From: Candidatus Latescibacterota bacterium
Lineage (GTDB): Bacteria; Latescibacterota; UBA2968
Assembly: GCA_965116885.1 (NCBI GenBank)
Contig: OZ220741.1
Span: 960,001 to 1,024,000, forward strand
DNA: 64,000 nt
Reading direction: 5' to 3'
In this document: positions 18,751 through 29,644 of the stretch, in pieces
Layout: each line of letters starts with the position of its first letter
How positions within the stretch are numbered: the first letter of the stretch is position 1
Program-made: the position numbers and the translations under genes
Notes under the pieces: generated by a model
The model's database searches: none
Told to the model about the DNA's origin: nothing
Seen by the model: the letters and a program-made list of their open reading frames with translations, nothing else

Positions 18751-20115
18751 ATGATCTACCACCAACTCTTCGCCCAAATTGACCGCACCGTACGCGTTGG
18801 CGTCATCGGCACCGGACACTACGCCACAGCCCTCGTCACACAATCGCGCGTCGTCGATCAACTCCACGTACCCGTCGTCTGTGACACAAACCCGGACGCA
18901 GCTCAAAATGCATATCATCACGCCGGCCTGGACACCGACAAAACCATCATAGCCGACACCGCCCAACAGGCTGCCGCAGCCATAGAACAGGGCAAATATG
19001 TCATCCTCACCGACGCCATGCAAATGATGGACCTGCCCCTCGACGTCATCGTAGAATCCACAGGCGTCCCGAGTGCAGGTGCGAAACACGGCATAGAAGC
19101 CATTCGACACGGCAAACACGTCGCCATGGTATCCAAAGAAACCGACGTCACCGTCGGACCCATCCTCAAACACCTCGCAGACAAAGCCGGACGCGTCTAT
19201 ACCGCTGTTGACGGGGACCAGCACGGCCTGCTCATGGGCCTTGTACAATGGGCGCGCAGCCTGGGCCTCGAGGTACTCTGCGGAGGCAAATCACTGGACT
19301 CCAACCGCGTTTACGACCCCCAGACCAACGCCATCGTCTGGTCCAAAGGCAAAATCCAGATCCCCGACGAACGCATATTCTCTACCCAAAATCCCTCTGC
19401 CTACATTGCACAACGCCGCCAGATCATGGGCGAACTGGGCGCCATCGCCGGTTATGACGTCACCGAACTCACCATCGCCGCCAATGCTACCGGACTCATC
19501 CCCGACACAGACACCCTGCACACACCCGTAGTCCGCACCGTTGAAATACCCGAAGTCCTCGCACCCCGAGAAGACGGCGGCATCTTATCCCACCGCGGCG
19601 TCATCGACTGCGTCTCCTGCCTGCGCCAGGCAAACGAACCCGGCCTCGGCGGCGGCGTCTTCATCGTCATCGCCTGTGAAAACGCCTACTCCCGCCACAT
19701 CCTCACCACCAAAGGACTCATCCCCAACAAAAAAGGCACCACAGCCCTCATCTACCGACCCTACCACCTCTGCGGCGTTGAAACACCCATCACAACACTC
19801 GTCGCGGGCCTCTTAAACCTGCCCACAGGCACCACCGACTACCACCCGTCCTTCGACATAGTAGGCCGTGCAAAAGAACCCCTCAAAGCCGGCGACCAGA
19901 TCCGCAACGACCACAGCAAAAAAATCGAATACCTCATGCGCCCCGCGCTACCCGTCGCGCCCGACAACCCCCTCCCCTTCCACATGGCCAACGGCAATAC
20001 CCTCACCCGGGACATCCCCGCTGGCGCATTCATCACCGCAAGCGCAATACAACCAAAAGACAACGACCCCCTCTGGACGCTTCGCAAAGAACAAGACGCT
20101 CATTTTTTACAATAA
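18751..20115 (+). CDS. NAD(P)-dependent oxidoreductase, homoserine-dehydrogenase-like with C-terminal SAF domain
   Basis: VGVIGTG, ESTG, KHVAMVSKETDVTVGP, DGDQHG, ANATG, GGGVF, YRPYHL.G.E. Confidence 0.85.
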   Translation: MIYHQLFAQIDRTVRVGVIGTGHYATALVTQSRVVDQLHVPVVCDTNPDAAQNAYHHAGLDTDKTIIADTAQQAAAAIEQGKYVILTDAMQMMDLPLDVIVESTGVPSAGAKHGIEAIRHGKHVAMVSKETDVTVGPILKHLADKAGRVYTAVDGDQHGLLMGLVQWARSLGLEVLCGGKSLDSNRVYDPQTNAIVWSKGKIQIPDERIFSTQNPSAYIAQRRQIMGELGAIAGYDVTELTIAANATGLIPDTDTLHTPVVRTVEIPEVLAPREDGGILSHRGVIDCVSCLRQANEPGLGGGVFIVIACENAYSRHILTTKGLIPNKKGTTALIYRPYHLCGVETPITTLVAGLLNLPTGTTDYHPSFDIVGRAKEPLKAGDQIRNDHSKKIEYLMRPALPVAPDNPLPFHMANGNTLTRDIPAGAFITASAIQPKDNDPLWTLRKEQDAHFLQ

Positions 20116-20148
20116 AAAAAACCGGGTACATCGCAAAGATGTACCCGG
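20113..20148. terminator. Intrinsic terminator between convergent genes
   Basis: CCGGGTACATC-GCAAA-GATGTACCCGG with a T run on the minus strand. Confidence 0.8.
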
Positions 20149-20169
20149 CTGTTCTTTACCTCTGCTCTT

Positions 20170-22848
20170 TCACCCCTTCAAAAAACCCCGCAACACCGTA
20201 TGCAAAATCCCACCATTGCGATAATAATCGATCTCCACCGGCGTATCGATACGCACCGTCGCAGAAAACGACTTCACATTCCCATCCTCATCCGTCGCCG
20301 TCACCGTCACATCTTGCAAAGGCTGCAAATCATCGCTCAGCCCGGTAATATCGTACACCTCCCGCCCCGTAAGCCCCAGCGACTCGGCATTCTCGCCCGC
20401 CACAAACTCCAGCGGCAACACCCCCATACCCACCAGATTGCTGCGGTGAATGCGTTCAAAACTCTCCACAAGCACCGCGCGCACACCCAAAAGTAACGGA
20501 CCCTTAGCCGCCCAATCGCGCGACGACCCCGAACCGTACTCCGCGCCCGCAATCACAATCGACGGCACGCCCGCATCCACATACCGCATCGCCGCATCGT
20601 AAATACTCATCTGCTCACTCGAAGGCAGGTGCACCGTCACACCGCCCTCTGTCCCTGGCGCCAGCGAATTGCGAATGCGAATATTCGCAAACGTACCCCG
20701 CATCATCACCTCGTGATTACCCCGCCGCGAACCATAAGAATTGAAATCCTTCGGCTCAACCCCCTTTGAAATCAAAAACTGCCCCGCCGGACTATCCACC
20801 GCAATCGAACCCGCCGGAGAAATGTGATCCGTCGTCACCGAATCGCCCAATCGCGCCAGCACCCGCGCGCCTTTAATATCTGTAATCGCATCTAACTCAG
20901 GCGACAAATCCACAAAAAACGGCGGCTCCTGCACATAAGTACTCTCCGCCTGCCACCCATAGAGATCCCCCGCTTGCCCACCAACCGCATTCCACATCTC
21001 ATTGCCCTCAAACACATTGCCATAGCGCGCCTCGAACATATCCGGCTTGAGCGCCCGTGCAATCGTATCGCCAATCTCATCCTGACTGGGCCAGACATCG
21101 TGCAAAAACACCGCATTGCCATCCCCATCCACCCCTATCGGCTCCGCAGTCAAATCCAGATCCACCCGCCCCGCCAGGGCATACGCCACAACCAGCGGCG
21201 GCGACGCCAGATAATTCGCCTTCACATGCGGATGCACGCGACCTTCAAAATTGCGATTGCCACTCAACACCGACGCAGCAACCAGGTCATCCTCGTGAAT
21301 CGCGGCAACCACCGGATCGGGCAACGGCCCGCTATTGCCAATACACGTCGTACAGCCATACCCCACCGTATAAAAACCCAACTGCTCCAAATACGGCGTC
21401 AAACCCGCCTGATCGAGATAATCCGACACCACGCGCGAACCCGGCGCCAGACTCGTCTTCACATGCGCGTGAACCTTCAACCCCTTCTCCACCGCCTTCT
21501 TCGCCAACAAACCAGCGGCCACCATCACAGACGGATTGCTCGTATTGGTACAACTCGTAATCGCCGCAATCACCACCGCCCCGTGCCCCAGCTTGCCATT
21601 CGTCCTCTTTTGCACCTCATCATCACTTAGTCCAAAACCACTATTGCCCACCGGTGCGCGCAACGCGCCTTCAAACGCCCCCTTCATCTGCCCCAGCGCA
21701 ATGCGATCCTGCGGGCGTTTTGGACCCGCCAAACTCGGCTCCACCGTACTCAAATCCAGTTCAAGCGTATCCGTAAACCGCGGCTCTGGCGTATCATCTG
21801 TACGGAACAACCCCTGCGCCTTCGCGTACCGCTCAACCACATCCACCTCTTCTGCCGTGCGACCCGTGCGCGCCAAATAATGCAACGTCTCATCATCCAC
21901 CGGGAAAAACCCCATCGTCGCCCCGTATTCCGGCGCCATATTTGCAATCGTCGCGCGATCAGCCAGCCCAATACCCGTCAACCCCGTACCGTAAAACTCC
22001 ACAAACTTATCCACCACGCCCTTCTCGCGCAACATCTGAACCACCGTCAACGTCAAATCCGTCGCCGTCGTACCCTCGGGCAACTGCCCATCCAACTTGA
22101 ACCCGACAACCTCGGGCGTCAGCATATAAATCGGCTGCCCCAGCATCACCGCCTCTGCCTCAATACCCCCCACACCCCAGCCCACCACACCCAGGCCATT
22201 AATCATCGTCGTATGTGAATCTGCCCCCACCAGACTATCGGGAAAAGCCACGCCATCCCGGGCAATAACCCCCTTCGCCAGATACTCCAGATTGACCTGA
22301 TGCACAATACCCGTCAGAGGTGGCACCACCCTGAAACGCTCAAACGCATTCGCACCCCAGCGCAAAAACTCATACCGCTCCCGATTGCGCAAAAACTCGA
22401 TCTCTGCATTTCTCCGCAACGCATCCGAATTTGCAAAACTATCCACCTGCACCGAATGATCCACCACCAGATCCACCGGAATCAACGGCTCAACCCGACT
22501 TGTATCGCCCCCCATGCGCCCCATAGCCGAACGCAACGCCGCCAGATCCACCAGCGAAGGCACACCCGTAAAATCCTGCAACACCACCCGCGCGGGCTTA
22601 AACGGTATCTCTATCGGATTGGGATTGGTCGCATTCCAATTCGCCAGCGCCGCCACATCCTCCTCCCGCACCTGATACCCATCCAGATTTCGCAGTGCCG
22701 CCTCGAGCAGCACCCGCACGGAAAACGGCAAAGTCGATACCGCCCCAATGCCATCAGCTTCCAATCGATCCAGCCGAAAAATTGCCAGATCACCTGCCAT
22801 AGTAGAAAGTGTATCCCGTGAATTCAAAGGATTATGCGTTTGACTCAT
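20170..22848 (-). CDS. acnA: Aconitate hydratase A
   Basis: [68 protein letters not shown]. Confidence 0.98.
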   Translation of the reverse strand: MSQTHNPLNSRDTLSTMAGDLAIFRLDRLEADGIGAVSTLPFSVRVLLEAALRNLDGYQVREEDVAALANWNATNPNPIEIPFKPARVVLQDFTGVPSLVDLAALRSAMGRMGGDTSRVEPLIPVDLVVDHSVQVDSFANSDALRRNAEIEFLRNRERYEFLRWGANAFERFRVVPPLTGIVHQVNLEYLAKGVIARDGVAFPDSLVGADSHTTMINGLGVVGWGVGGIEAEAVMLGQPIYMLTPEVVGFKLDGQLPEGTTATDLTLTVVQMLREKGVVDKFVEFYGTGLTGIGLADRATIANMAPEYGATMGFFPVDDETLHYLARTGRTAEEVDVVERYAKAQGLFRTDDTPEPRFTDTLELDLSTVEPSLAGPKRPQDRIALGQMKGAFEGALRAPVGNSGFGLSDDEVQKRTNGKLGHGAVVIAAITSCTNTSNPSVMVAAGLLAKKAVEKGLKVHAHVKTSLAPGSRVVSDYLDQAGLTPYLEQLGFYTVGYGCTTCIGNSGPLPDPVVAAIHEDDLVAASVLSGNRNFEGRVHPHVKANYLASPPLVVAYALAGRVDLDLTAEPIGVDGDGNAVFLHDVWPSQDEIGDTIARALKPDMFEARYGNVFEGNEMWNAVGGQAGDLYGWQAESTYVQEPPFFVDLSPELDAITDIKGARVLARLGDSVTTDHISPAGSIAVDSPAGQFLISKGVEPKDFNSYGSRRGNHEVMMRGTFANIRIRNSLAPGTEGGVTVHLPSSEQMSIYDAAMRYVDAGVPSIVIAGAEYGSGSSRDWAAKGPLLLGVRAVLVESFERIHRSNLVGMGVLPLEFVAGENAESLGLTGREVYDITGLSDDLQPLQDVTVTATDEDGNVKSFSATVRIDTPVEIDYYRNGGILHTVLRGFLKG

Positions 22849-22872
22849 AAACAAGTCCTTCTCTAAAAGGTT

Positions 22873-23103
22873 TCAAGCTACTTTCTCAGGAAAATGGTAC
22901 AAAGGTACTGAATGGACAGGCGTACCAGTTGCGACCCGCTCAATCTCGCGGGCAGTCTCTTCGGTAATAATCCTGTCGCCACACACATCGCAAACCAGTG
23001 CCGGAACACCTTCGATTACGACCACCTGGCCATCGCGACGAGAACTAAACACGACGTGTTTATTCAGATATTGACCCTCATGACAAAGCGTACATTTGTT
23101 CAT
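22873..23103 (-). CDS. YgiT/MqsA-type zinc-finger protein (orphan antitoxin-like)
   Basis: CxxC near the N-terminus and VPALVCDVCGD. Confidence 0.82.
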   Translation of the reverse strand: MNKCTLCHEGQYLNKHVVFSSRRDGQVVVIEGVPALVCDVCGDRIITEETAREIERVATGTPVHSVPLYHFPEKVA

Positions 23104-23165
23104 TCTTCACCTCTCTCACCCCAGGGGTGAGAATATTGAATCTATGAATCATTCAGAGCACTACG

Positions 23166-23378
23166 TCAGATAGAGATATCGCTTTTCTCATCTACTATAA
23201 CGATGAGTTGACGCACGATAGGTACCAGTTTGTGGGGAACCTGCATAGCTGTATAACCTTGCTCAAAGGCGGTCTCATCTTCGGCAATGGTCTCTCCTTC
23301 TGTCCGGGATTCGACATGGTCAATGACCTCCTGGACGCGCTTCTGATTCCAACCCTTGGGATATTTATTTTTATCCAA
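23166..23378 (-). CDS. Small antitoxin-like hypothetical protein
   Basis: KYPKGWNQKRVQEVI..E....IAEDE....MQVP..LVP.VR.LI pattern; start uncertain (TTG 23378). Confidence 0.55.
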   Translation of the reverse strand: MDKNKYPKGWNQKRVQEVIDHVESRTEGETIAEDETAFEQGYTAMQVPHKLVPIVRQLIVIVDEKSDISI

Positions 23379-23476
23379 GCTTATATTTTTTTTTGATTGA
23401 GAAACGGCAAAACTACTGGATCGCGGCTCAACTTCACCTACTCCATCGCCTTGCATTAAAAACGGATTTATCACTC

Positions 23477-23869
23477 TTACTTCAGTATATCAACATGTCC
23501 ATAATTGAGCATCTTTGCATCCACCGTCAATAATCGACAGTTATGGACTCTTGCCGTAGCAACAATAATCTGATCCGCTGGATCTTTGTGGAACCCAACG
23601 GGCAATTGAGTTGACTCAATTGCAATTTGCGGCGTCAAATTGAGAAACCGAACGCCTGGATATGAGAGTGCCTGACCCATCCACTCTTCAACTGGACAAG
23701 GCAAGACGAGCCGATTATACTCAACTAATTTAGCAACCTCCCAACACGAAATAGCACTCACCCCAAGGCCTTGAGACTCATACTGTTGCAGCCACGCCAC
23801 TTGCTGGCTGGTGAGATGAGCATCTCCCTGAACCCACCAAATCCAGATGTGTGTATCAAGCACAATCAC
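23477..23869 (-). CDS. vapC: PIN-domain toxin VapC
   Basis: IVLDTHIWIW, SAISCWE, HKDPADQIIVATA, LLTVD; GTG start overlaps upstream TGA. Confidence 0.92.
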   Translation of the reverse strand: MIVLDTHIWIWWVQGDAHLTSQQVAWLQQYESQGLGVSAISCWEVAKLVEYNRLVLPCPVEEWMGQALSYPGVRFLNLTPQIAIESTQLPVGFHKDPADQIIVATARVHNCRLLTVDAKMLNYGHVDILK

Positions 23870-24099
23870 TGTGATACGCTCCAATCTCCATCCGCTACAG
23901 GTTCCGTGGGATCAAAGTATTTTATTGGAGTGCCACGCAGTGGATATCGGTCTTTCTCGCTGCTATTTTCTCCCTGTTCAGACGAAAAAGAGCAGGGAAA
24001 AATAAGGATTTCAACAGGCTCGCCTTCTCGAAAAGGCAAATTCTTAATCACAACTGTTCTATCCTGGCGTATAACCGTTTCAACGCGATGGGCATTCAT
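23866..24099 (-). CDS. Antitoxin partner of VapC
   Basis: LPFREGEPVEILI..YPLRG....Y..P.EPVA..DW; 4-nt overlap with vapC; GGAGG RBS. Confidence 0.78.
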   Translation of the reverse strand: MNAHRVETVIRQDRTVVIKNLPFREGEPVEILIFPCSFSSEQGENSSEKDRYPLRGTPIKYFDPTEPVADGDWSVSQ

Positions 24100-24382
24100 A
24101 TCTCTCACCTCCGGACTGTGATGCCAGCACTGAGCTAAAAAGGTTTGATTGTACATAACAATACAGCGAAAAATTTCAAAAGTCTAATTCCATAAGGCGC
24201 AAGTCATGACACTTTCTTACCAAAGTTGTTAGTAAAAATCAAAAATTCGCATATCGGTTTGTCCGTAAACCAGACAACATGGTCCACATCAAAGAAAAAT
24301 ACCACAACAACCCGTATTTTCAAACTCTTTTTGTACGCTTCGCACTTGATTGGATTGGGAAGAATATATATGTTCTTTCGTT

Positions 24383-24501
24383 GATCGCTGGGACGGCACA
24401 GGGGCCGTCCCCTACATTTACAAACACTGGATCGCGGCTTTAAGCATGCCGCGATGACGGGCGGGCACGACATTCGGGACGGCACAGGGGCCGTCCCCTA
24501 C
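24383..24501. repeat. REP cluster
   Basis: Two GGGACGGCACAGGGGCCGTCCCCTAC copies flanking a CTGGATCGCGGC..GCCGCGATGAC hairpin. Confidence 0.85.
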
Positions 24502-24514
24502 AACTGACAACTAC

Positions 24515-26071
24515 ATGACCAACCAACGCTTTGTCGCACTCATCATCCTGGACGGCTGGGGATTAAACCCGCGCCGGGACCACAACGCTGTGGCCCTTGC
24601 CAGCACCCCGACGATGGACCGCATCTGGGCCAATTATGCCCACACCACCCTCGACACCTCTGGACGCGCAGTCGGCCTCCCCGACGGACTCATGGGCAAC
24701 TCCGAAGTCGGCCACCTCAACCTGGGCGCTGGGCGCACCGTCATGCAAGCCATGACCCAGATCGACGACCGCATACGAGACGGCAGCCTGTACAAAAACG
24801 AAGCCTTAATCGCCGCCATAGACCGCATCAAAAACCACAACCGCAACCTCCACCTCATCGGCCTCGTCTCTGACGGCGGCGTACACTCATGGCCCAGTCA
24901 CTACGAGAGCCTCATCAAAATGGCAGCCGAGCGCGGCCTTCCCCCAGATCGCGTCTTCATCCACGCCTTCACAGATGGGCGCGACACACCGCCCCAAAGC
25001 GCAATCCACCGCATGCGCGAACTCCTCGCCATGTTCAAAACCCACGGCATTGGCCGCGTAGCCTCCATATCCGGACGGTATTACGCCATGGACCGCGACC
25101 ACCGCTGGGAACGCACCCAAATCGCCTATGACCTCCTCACACAGGGCAAAGGCATCCCCGAAGCCGACCCCATCGCAGCCATACAAAACGCCTACAACCG
25201 CGGCGAAACCGACGAATTTATCAAACCCATCGCCATCGCCGGCAACCCCACCATAAAAGACGGAGACAGCGTCATCTTCTTCAACTTCCGCGGCGACAGA
25301 CCCCGGCAACTCACCCGCGCCTTTACACTCAAAAATTTCGACGGCTTTCAACGCCACACCTGGCCCAACGTACACTTCACCACCCTCACCCGATACGAAG
25401 CCGACGTACCCGTCACCGGCATCGCCTATCCCCCCGAAACCCTCTCGCAAAACATGCCCAACATCTGCGGATCGGTCATCGCCCGGGCAAACAAACGACA
25501 GCTGCGCATCGCAGAAACAGAAAAATACGCCCACGTCACCTTCTTCTTCAACGGCCAACGGGAAACCCCCTTTGACGGCGAAGAACGCATCCTCGTACCA
25601 TCCCCCAAAGACGTCCCCACCTACGACCACAAACCCGAAATGAGCGCACCTGAAATCGCAGACCGATTCACAGAAGCCATCGCAACCAACCAATACGACG
25701 CTGCAATATGCAACTTCGCCAACCCCGACATGGTCGGCCACACCGGCATCCTCAACGCCGCCATACAGGCAGTCACCACCGTTGACACATGCCTGGACCG
25801 CGTCCTCAAAGCCATAGAAAAAGCAAACGGCGCAGCCATCGTCACCGCCGATCACGGCAACGCCGAACAAATGATCCACTACGACACTGGCGAACCCCAC
25901 ACCGCCCACACCACCAACCCCGTACCCTTCGTACTCGTTGACCCCACCTACACGGGAAAACTCCGCGAAGGCGGCGCCTTGTGCGACGTCGCCCCCACCC
26001 TGCTCGCCCTCCTCAACCTGCCAAAACCCGCTGAAATGACCGGGAAGGACCTGAGACGAATAGACGAATAG
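24515..26071 (+). CDS. gpmI: 2,3-bisphosphoglycerate-independent phosphoglycerate mutase
   Basis: ILDGWG, MGNSEVGH, SDGGVHS, DGRDT, GRYYAMDRD, AETEKYAHVTFF, NPDMVGHTG, TADHGNAE. Confidence 0.97.
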   Translation: MTNQRFVALIILDGWGLNPRRDHNAVALASTPTMDRIWANYAHTTLDTSGRAVGLPDGLMGNSEVGHLNLGAGRTVMQAMTQIDDRIRDGSLYKNEALIAAIDRIKNHNRNLHLIGLVSDGGVHSWPSHYESLIKMAAERGLPPDRVFIHAFTDGRDTPPQSAIHRMRELLAMFKTHGIGRVASISGRYYAMDRDHRWERTQIAYDLLTQGKGIPEADPIAAIQNAYNRGETDEFIKPIAIAGNPTIKDGDSVIFFNFRGDRPRQLTRAFTLKNFDGFQRHTWPNVHFTTLTRYEADVPVTGIAYPPETLSQNMPNICGSVIARANKRQLRIAETEKYAHVTFFFNGQRETPFDGEERILVPSPKDVPTYDHKPEMSAPEIADRFTEAIATNQYDAAICNFANPDMVGHTGILNAAIQAVTTVDTCLDRVLKAIEKANGAAIVTADHGNAEQMIHYDTGEPHTAHTTNPVPFVLVDPTYTGKLREGGALCDVAPTLLALLNLPKPAEMTGKDLRRIDE

Positions 26072-26205
26072 ACGAATAGACGAATAGACGAATAGACGAA
26101 TCAACGAATAGACGAATCAACGAATAGACGAATCAACGAATAGACGAATCAACGAATAGACGAATCAACGAATAGACGAATCAACGAATAGACGAATAGA
26201 CGAAT
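26054..26205. repeat. 8-bp tandem repeat, 19 units (AGACGAAT / CAACGAAT)
   Basis: 6x AGACGAAT, then 6x (CAACGAAT AGACGAAT), then AGACGAAT; overlaps the gpmI stop. Confidence 0.95.
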
Positions 26206-26240
26206 CCCACCCTACCACCCAACGGCTGGTACTTCCAGCT

Positions 26241-27659
26241 TCACACTTCCCACGCCGGAATCGTTCCCGCAGTTGGGCCATCTTTCACCAGAAGCTGTTT
26301 GCCATCTGTAAAGCCCTCGGGGCGCCCGACCAATTCCCCAACAAGACGGGACCGCCACATTGCGATCTCGTCCGCCCACCCTGGATCATCCGCCAGATTA
26401 TTCATCTCACATGGATCATTTTCCACATCGAAAAACAGCTCTCGCCCCTGCCCTGGCAAATACGCGAACTTGCGTTTGCCATCCGTCACATACTGCATCC
26501 CGCTATTCGACGTAGGCACACTCGCGCACTCGCCATGCACATAATCTCGCCATTCTGCTTGTGAATCGCGAATAATCGGCAACACACTCTCTCCATCCAC
26601 CGTATCCGGAATCGGAACCCCCACTGCATCGAGCAACGTCGGCATAATATCCATCAACTCAACCGGACGCTCGATCACCTGCTCCTGCGGCAACCCCAAA
26701 CCACTGGGAAACTTCATCAACAGCGGAACCCGCGCAGACGGCTCAAAAGGATTGCGCTTTCGCAGCCACTGATGATCCCCCAGCATCTCCCCGTGATCGG
26801 ACGCAAACACCACAATCGTATTATTCGGCAACACGCGACCACTCACCAGACGCGCAATCTGGTGATCGATATGCTCGACACACCCGTAATAGCCCGCCCG
26901 CGTCGCCTTCATAACCGGCGGATCCAGACACAGGCGCCAGCACTCCGGCTGCAACCCCCGCACAGGACCGTCAAAAACCCGCGCCCAATCCCCCACATAC
27001 GGCTCGGGCAAATCCATCGCCATATACTTATCAAAATAATGCGCGGGCGGCGTAACCGGCTGGTGCGGATGGATAAAATTAACCGCCAAAAACCACGGCT
27101 GATCTCCCCTTTGCGAATCGATAAACTCCAGCCCCTTTTGCGTACACCAATTGGTAAAATGCAAATGCTCATCCAAATGCCATGGACGCCCTGGAAAACC
27201 ATTGCTATACATCCCGTGCGCATCGGAAGCCCGGTGCCACGCCGCACCATTCTCGCGCACATACTTCTGATAATCATTATCAACCCCTGAAATCGGACTA
27301 TCCGCCCATTCTGCGGAATCAAACCCGAGCTCCCTCGCAGGCGGACCCCAGTGGGCCTTGCCGGACAGATGGGTGCGATACCCCGCATCGCGCAAAACCC
27401 CGGGCAACGTCGGCCACGGCAGCGGTGCCGATGCATTTTGAAGCGCACCGTGATTGCTCGGCTTGCGCCCCGTAATCACCGTACGGCGAGCCGGCACACA
27501 CACCGGACAAGCCGAATAAGCGTGGCGAAAACGCACCCCCGACGCAGCCATATAGTCCAGATTGGGCGTCTGCAACACGGGATGGCCCTCAATACCCAGG
27601 CAATCGCCGCGCTGCTGATCCGTCATAATAAGTAAAATATTGGGTCTGTTATCTGGCAT
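26241..27659 (-). CDS. Sulfatase (Cys-type formylglycine enzyme)
   Basis: RPNILLIMTDQQR, CVPAR, GKAH, HPH, SDHGEMLGDH. Confidence 0.93.
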   Translation of the reverse strand: MPDNRPNILLIMTDQQRGDCLGIEGHPVLQTPNLDYMAASGVRFRHAYSACPVCVPARRTVITGRKPSNHGALQNASAPLPWPTLPGVLRDAGYRTHLSGKAHWGPPARELGFDSAEWADSPISGVDNDYQKYVRENGAAWHRASDAHGMYSNGFPGRPWHLDEHLHFTNWCTQKGLEFIDSQRGDQPWFLAVNFIHPHQPVTPPAHYFDKYMAMDLPEPYVGDWARVFDGPVRGLQPECWRLCLDPPVMKATRAGYYGCVEHIDHQIARLVSGRVLPNNTIVVFASDHGEMLGDHQWLRKRNPFEPSARVPLLMKFPSGLGLPQEQVIERPVELMDIMPTLLDAVGVPIPDTVDGESVLPIIRDSQAEWRDYVHGECASVPTSNSGMQYVTDGKRKFAYLPGQGRELFFDVENDPCEMNNLADDPGWADEIAMWRSRLVGELVGRPEGFTDGKQLLVKDGPTAGTIPAWEV

Positions 27660-27665
27660 CCTTTT

Positions 27666-28379
27666 TTATCCTTTCTGAAAATGGTGCATACAAATCGCGG
27701 CAGCGGCAGACACATTCAGAGACCCGACAGCACCGCGGGATGGAATGCGGCATACCTCGTCGCACTTATCGCGCGTAAGGCGTCGCATCCCGCTCTCCTC
27801 ATTCCCCAGCACCAGAAGCCAGGAACGATCTGCCGAAAACGCGCTCAAATCCTTCTCCGCATGCTCAGAAGTCCCCAAAACCCACAAACCCGCATCCTTG
27901 GCAACATCCAACGCCCGGCTCAGATTCGTCTGAACAGAAAACGGAACATACTCAACCCCGCCCGAAGCAACATCGTACGCCGCGCCCGTCAACGAAGCGG
28001 AACGATCTCGACTAAGCAAAACACCGCGCACCCCAAAAAAAGCCGCCGTGCGAAAAATCGCACCCAAATTTTGCGGATCCTGAACCGTATCCAGCGCCAA
28101 AAAAAGACCCGCACTATCGGCAAACAACGCCGCGAGATCACAACCCGGATGTTCTTTAACCGCAGCTTCCGCATCTCCCCCGCGAGACCGACCCTGCCGC
28201 ACAGCCCCCTGTTCACCCCGCCCAAAAAACACGCGCACCCCGACCTCCTCTGCCCGTTCCCGCACAGTTCTCCACGCGCCACCGCCCTGTTTGGCAGGCA
28301 ATCGAATCTCGAAAACATCCTGCGGACGCTTTTTCAGCACAGCCAGAATACTGTGCGGATTTTTGAGATAAATCGGCAT
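27666..28379 (-). CDS. rlmB: SPOUT RNA methyltransferase, TrmH/RlmB family
   Basis: LDTVQDPQNLGAIFRTA, VLGNEESG, SLNVSAA. Confidence 0.8.
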   Translation of the reverse strand: MPIYLKNPHSILAVLKKRPQDVFEIRLPAKQGGGAWRTVRERAEEVGVRVFFGRGEQGAVRQGRSRGGDAEAAVKEHPGCDLAALFADSAGLFLALDTVQDPQNLGAIFRTAAFFGVRGVLLSRDRSASLTGAAYDVASGGVEYVPFSVQTNLSRALDVAKDAGLWVLGTSEHAEKDLSAFSADRSWLLVLGNEESGMRRLTRDKCDEVCRIPSRGAVGSLNVSAAAAICMHHFQKG

Positions 28380-28384
28380 TGTCT

Positions 28385-28870
28385 CTATTTGCTCTCAAAC
28401 CTATCGACTCTCGGCACGCGCTCTTCCAACTCAATCTGTGACGTGACGGGCTGCGTTCCAGCGCCGTAAAAATAAACCAGATTCCCACCCGTATATCCCG
28501 CCGCGCACACCAGACCCGCGGTAACAAGACCAAACACGAGATACACATAGCGAATAACACCGACAAATTTCTTCTTTAAAACAAAATGCGTGCGTACCAG
28601 TGCCAGAGCAACAGCTAAAAACGCGGTAACCGTACCCAGCGTATCGTGATCGTCTAAATCTGCGGCAATACCATCGATATGTTGTGCAACCTCGGCAGCA
28701 CTATCCCCTGTGAGTGCGACCGGAATCGCGGTCAAAGCACCCAGTGAAAAAAGCAAAAACCCGGCTCTCAAAAAAAAATCGCGGCCATTTAATATCCCAA
28801 TCGCATCGCAAACAACACCGACGACCAGCAATGCAATGGGAAAATGTGCGATAAGAGGGTGGATATCCAT
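28385..28870 (-). CDS. DUF2231-type membrane protein
   Basis: IHPLIAHFPIALL, four hydrophobic segments, GYTGGNLVYFYG.G. Confidence 0.82.
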   Translation of the reverse strand: MDIHPLIAHFPIALLVVGVVCDAIGILNGRDFFLRAGFLLFSLGALTAIPVALTGDSAAEVAQHIDGIAADLDDHDTLGTVTAFLAVALALVRTHFVLKKKFVGVIRYVYLVFGLVTAGLVCAAGYTGGNLVYFYGAGTQPVTSQIELEERVPRVDRFESK

Positions 28871-28893
28871 GACGGGAAATGAGATCGTTTTCT

Positions 28894-29508
28894 TTATGGG
28901 CGCAAGTCGAGTTGCAGCGGCTCTGCATATCGCGGGTCTGCAACGGGCTGTCCCGGCCACGCGCCTTCCAGGAACGTAATGCTATTATAGAAATCGTCCA
29001 ATGCGATAAACTTTCCATTCTCCTCTGCCCATTCTCGCATGCGGCGGTTGCAACTGTGACGCCATGACAGCACTTCTATATCCCAGCCCCTGCCATGCAT
29101 GCGCTCTATATCCGCGTGAAATCCAACGCCATCGACAAAGCCACTGCCATCGCCCGTGAGCAAGACAGCAATACCCGGTACGCCATTGTAATCTACAGTA
29201 TCTCGAAGCATAATCGTTTGCAAAACTTGATCCACGCCCTGTTCGCTGCCGTGCAAGGCCCCGCGTTCCAACAACTGCACCTCAACATCCTCATTCTCGA
29301 GGCGATTCCACATCTGGCGCAACTCTGGTGGAATAGAGCCAACAGCTATCGCCCGCTCAATCGGTCGGCCTGCATGTGCCAAAGCGAGAAGATTGCGAAA
29401 ATGAATACGCACGCGAGCGCGAGCGGACTCCCCCTCGCGCTCTGCAGCGGTCTCCTGCGCGCTAATAAAAATATTGGAATTATCCAAATAGATGAAAACC
29501 TTCTTCAT
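28894..29508 (-). CDS. NYN (LabA/DUF88 PIN-like) domain protein
   Basis: IYLDNSN, EQGVD, LLTGDG, GW.IEV.SW, FIALDD. Confidence 0.85.
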   Translation of the reverse strand: MKKVFIYLDNSNIFISAQETAAEREGESARARVRIHFRNLLALAHAGRPIERAIAVGSIPPELRQMWNRLENEDVEVQLLERGALHGSEQGVDQVLQTIMLRDTVDYNGVPGIAVLLTGDGSGFVDGVGFHADIERMHGRGWDIEVLSWRHSCNRRMREWAEENGKFIALDDFYNSITFLEGAWPGQPVADPRYAEPLQLDLRP

Positions 29509-29644
29509 GGATCCAATTCTCCTGTGAAACGACCCTGAACTTTCAAAATGTGAAGTAAAAAAACTATTTCAATCCCGCGAAAAATCCATTACAATGGGCG
29601 GATTAAGATATAAACAAACAAGCCCCACCACAAGGAAGGATTGC

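Noticed and set aside
24204..24485. 93-aa minus ORF and an open + frame in the AT-rich gap
   Set aside because: Runs through REP repeats, no RBS or recognisable domain; at most a gene remnant
24887..26104. 405-aa minus ORF
   Set aside because: Antisense to gpmI, starts within the microsatellite, G/V/D-biased
26054..26205. CRISPR array
   Set aside because: 8-bp units with no unique spacers and no cas genes
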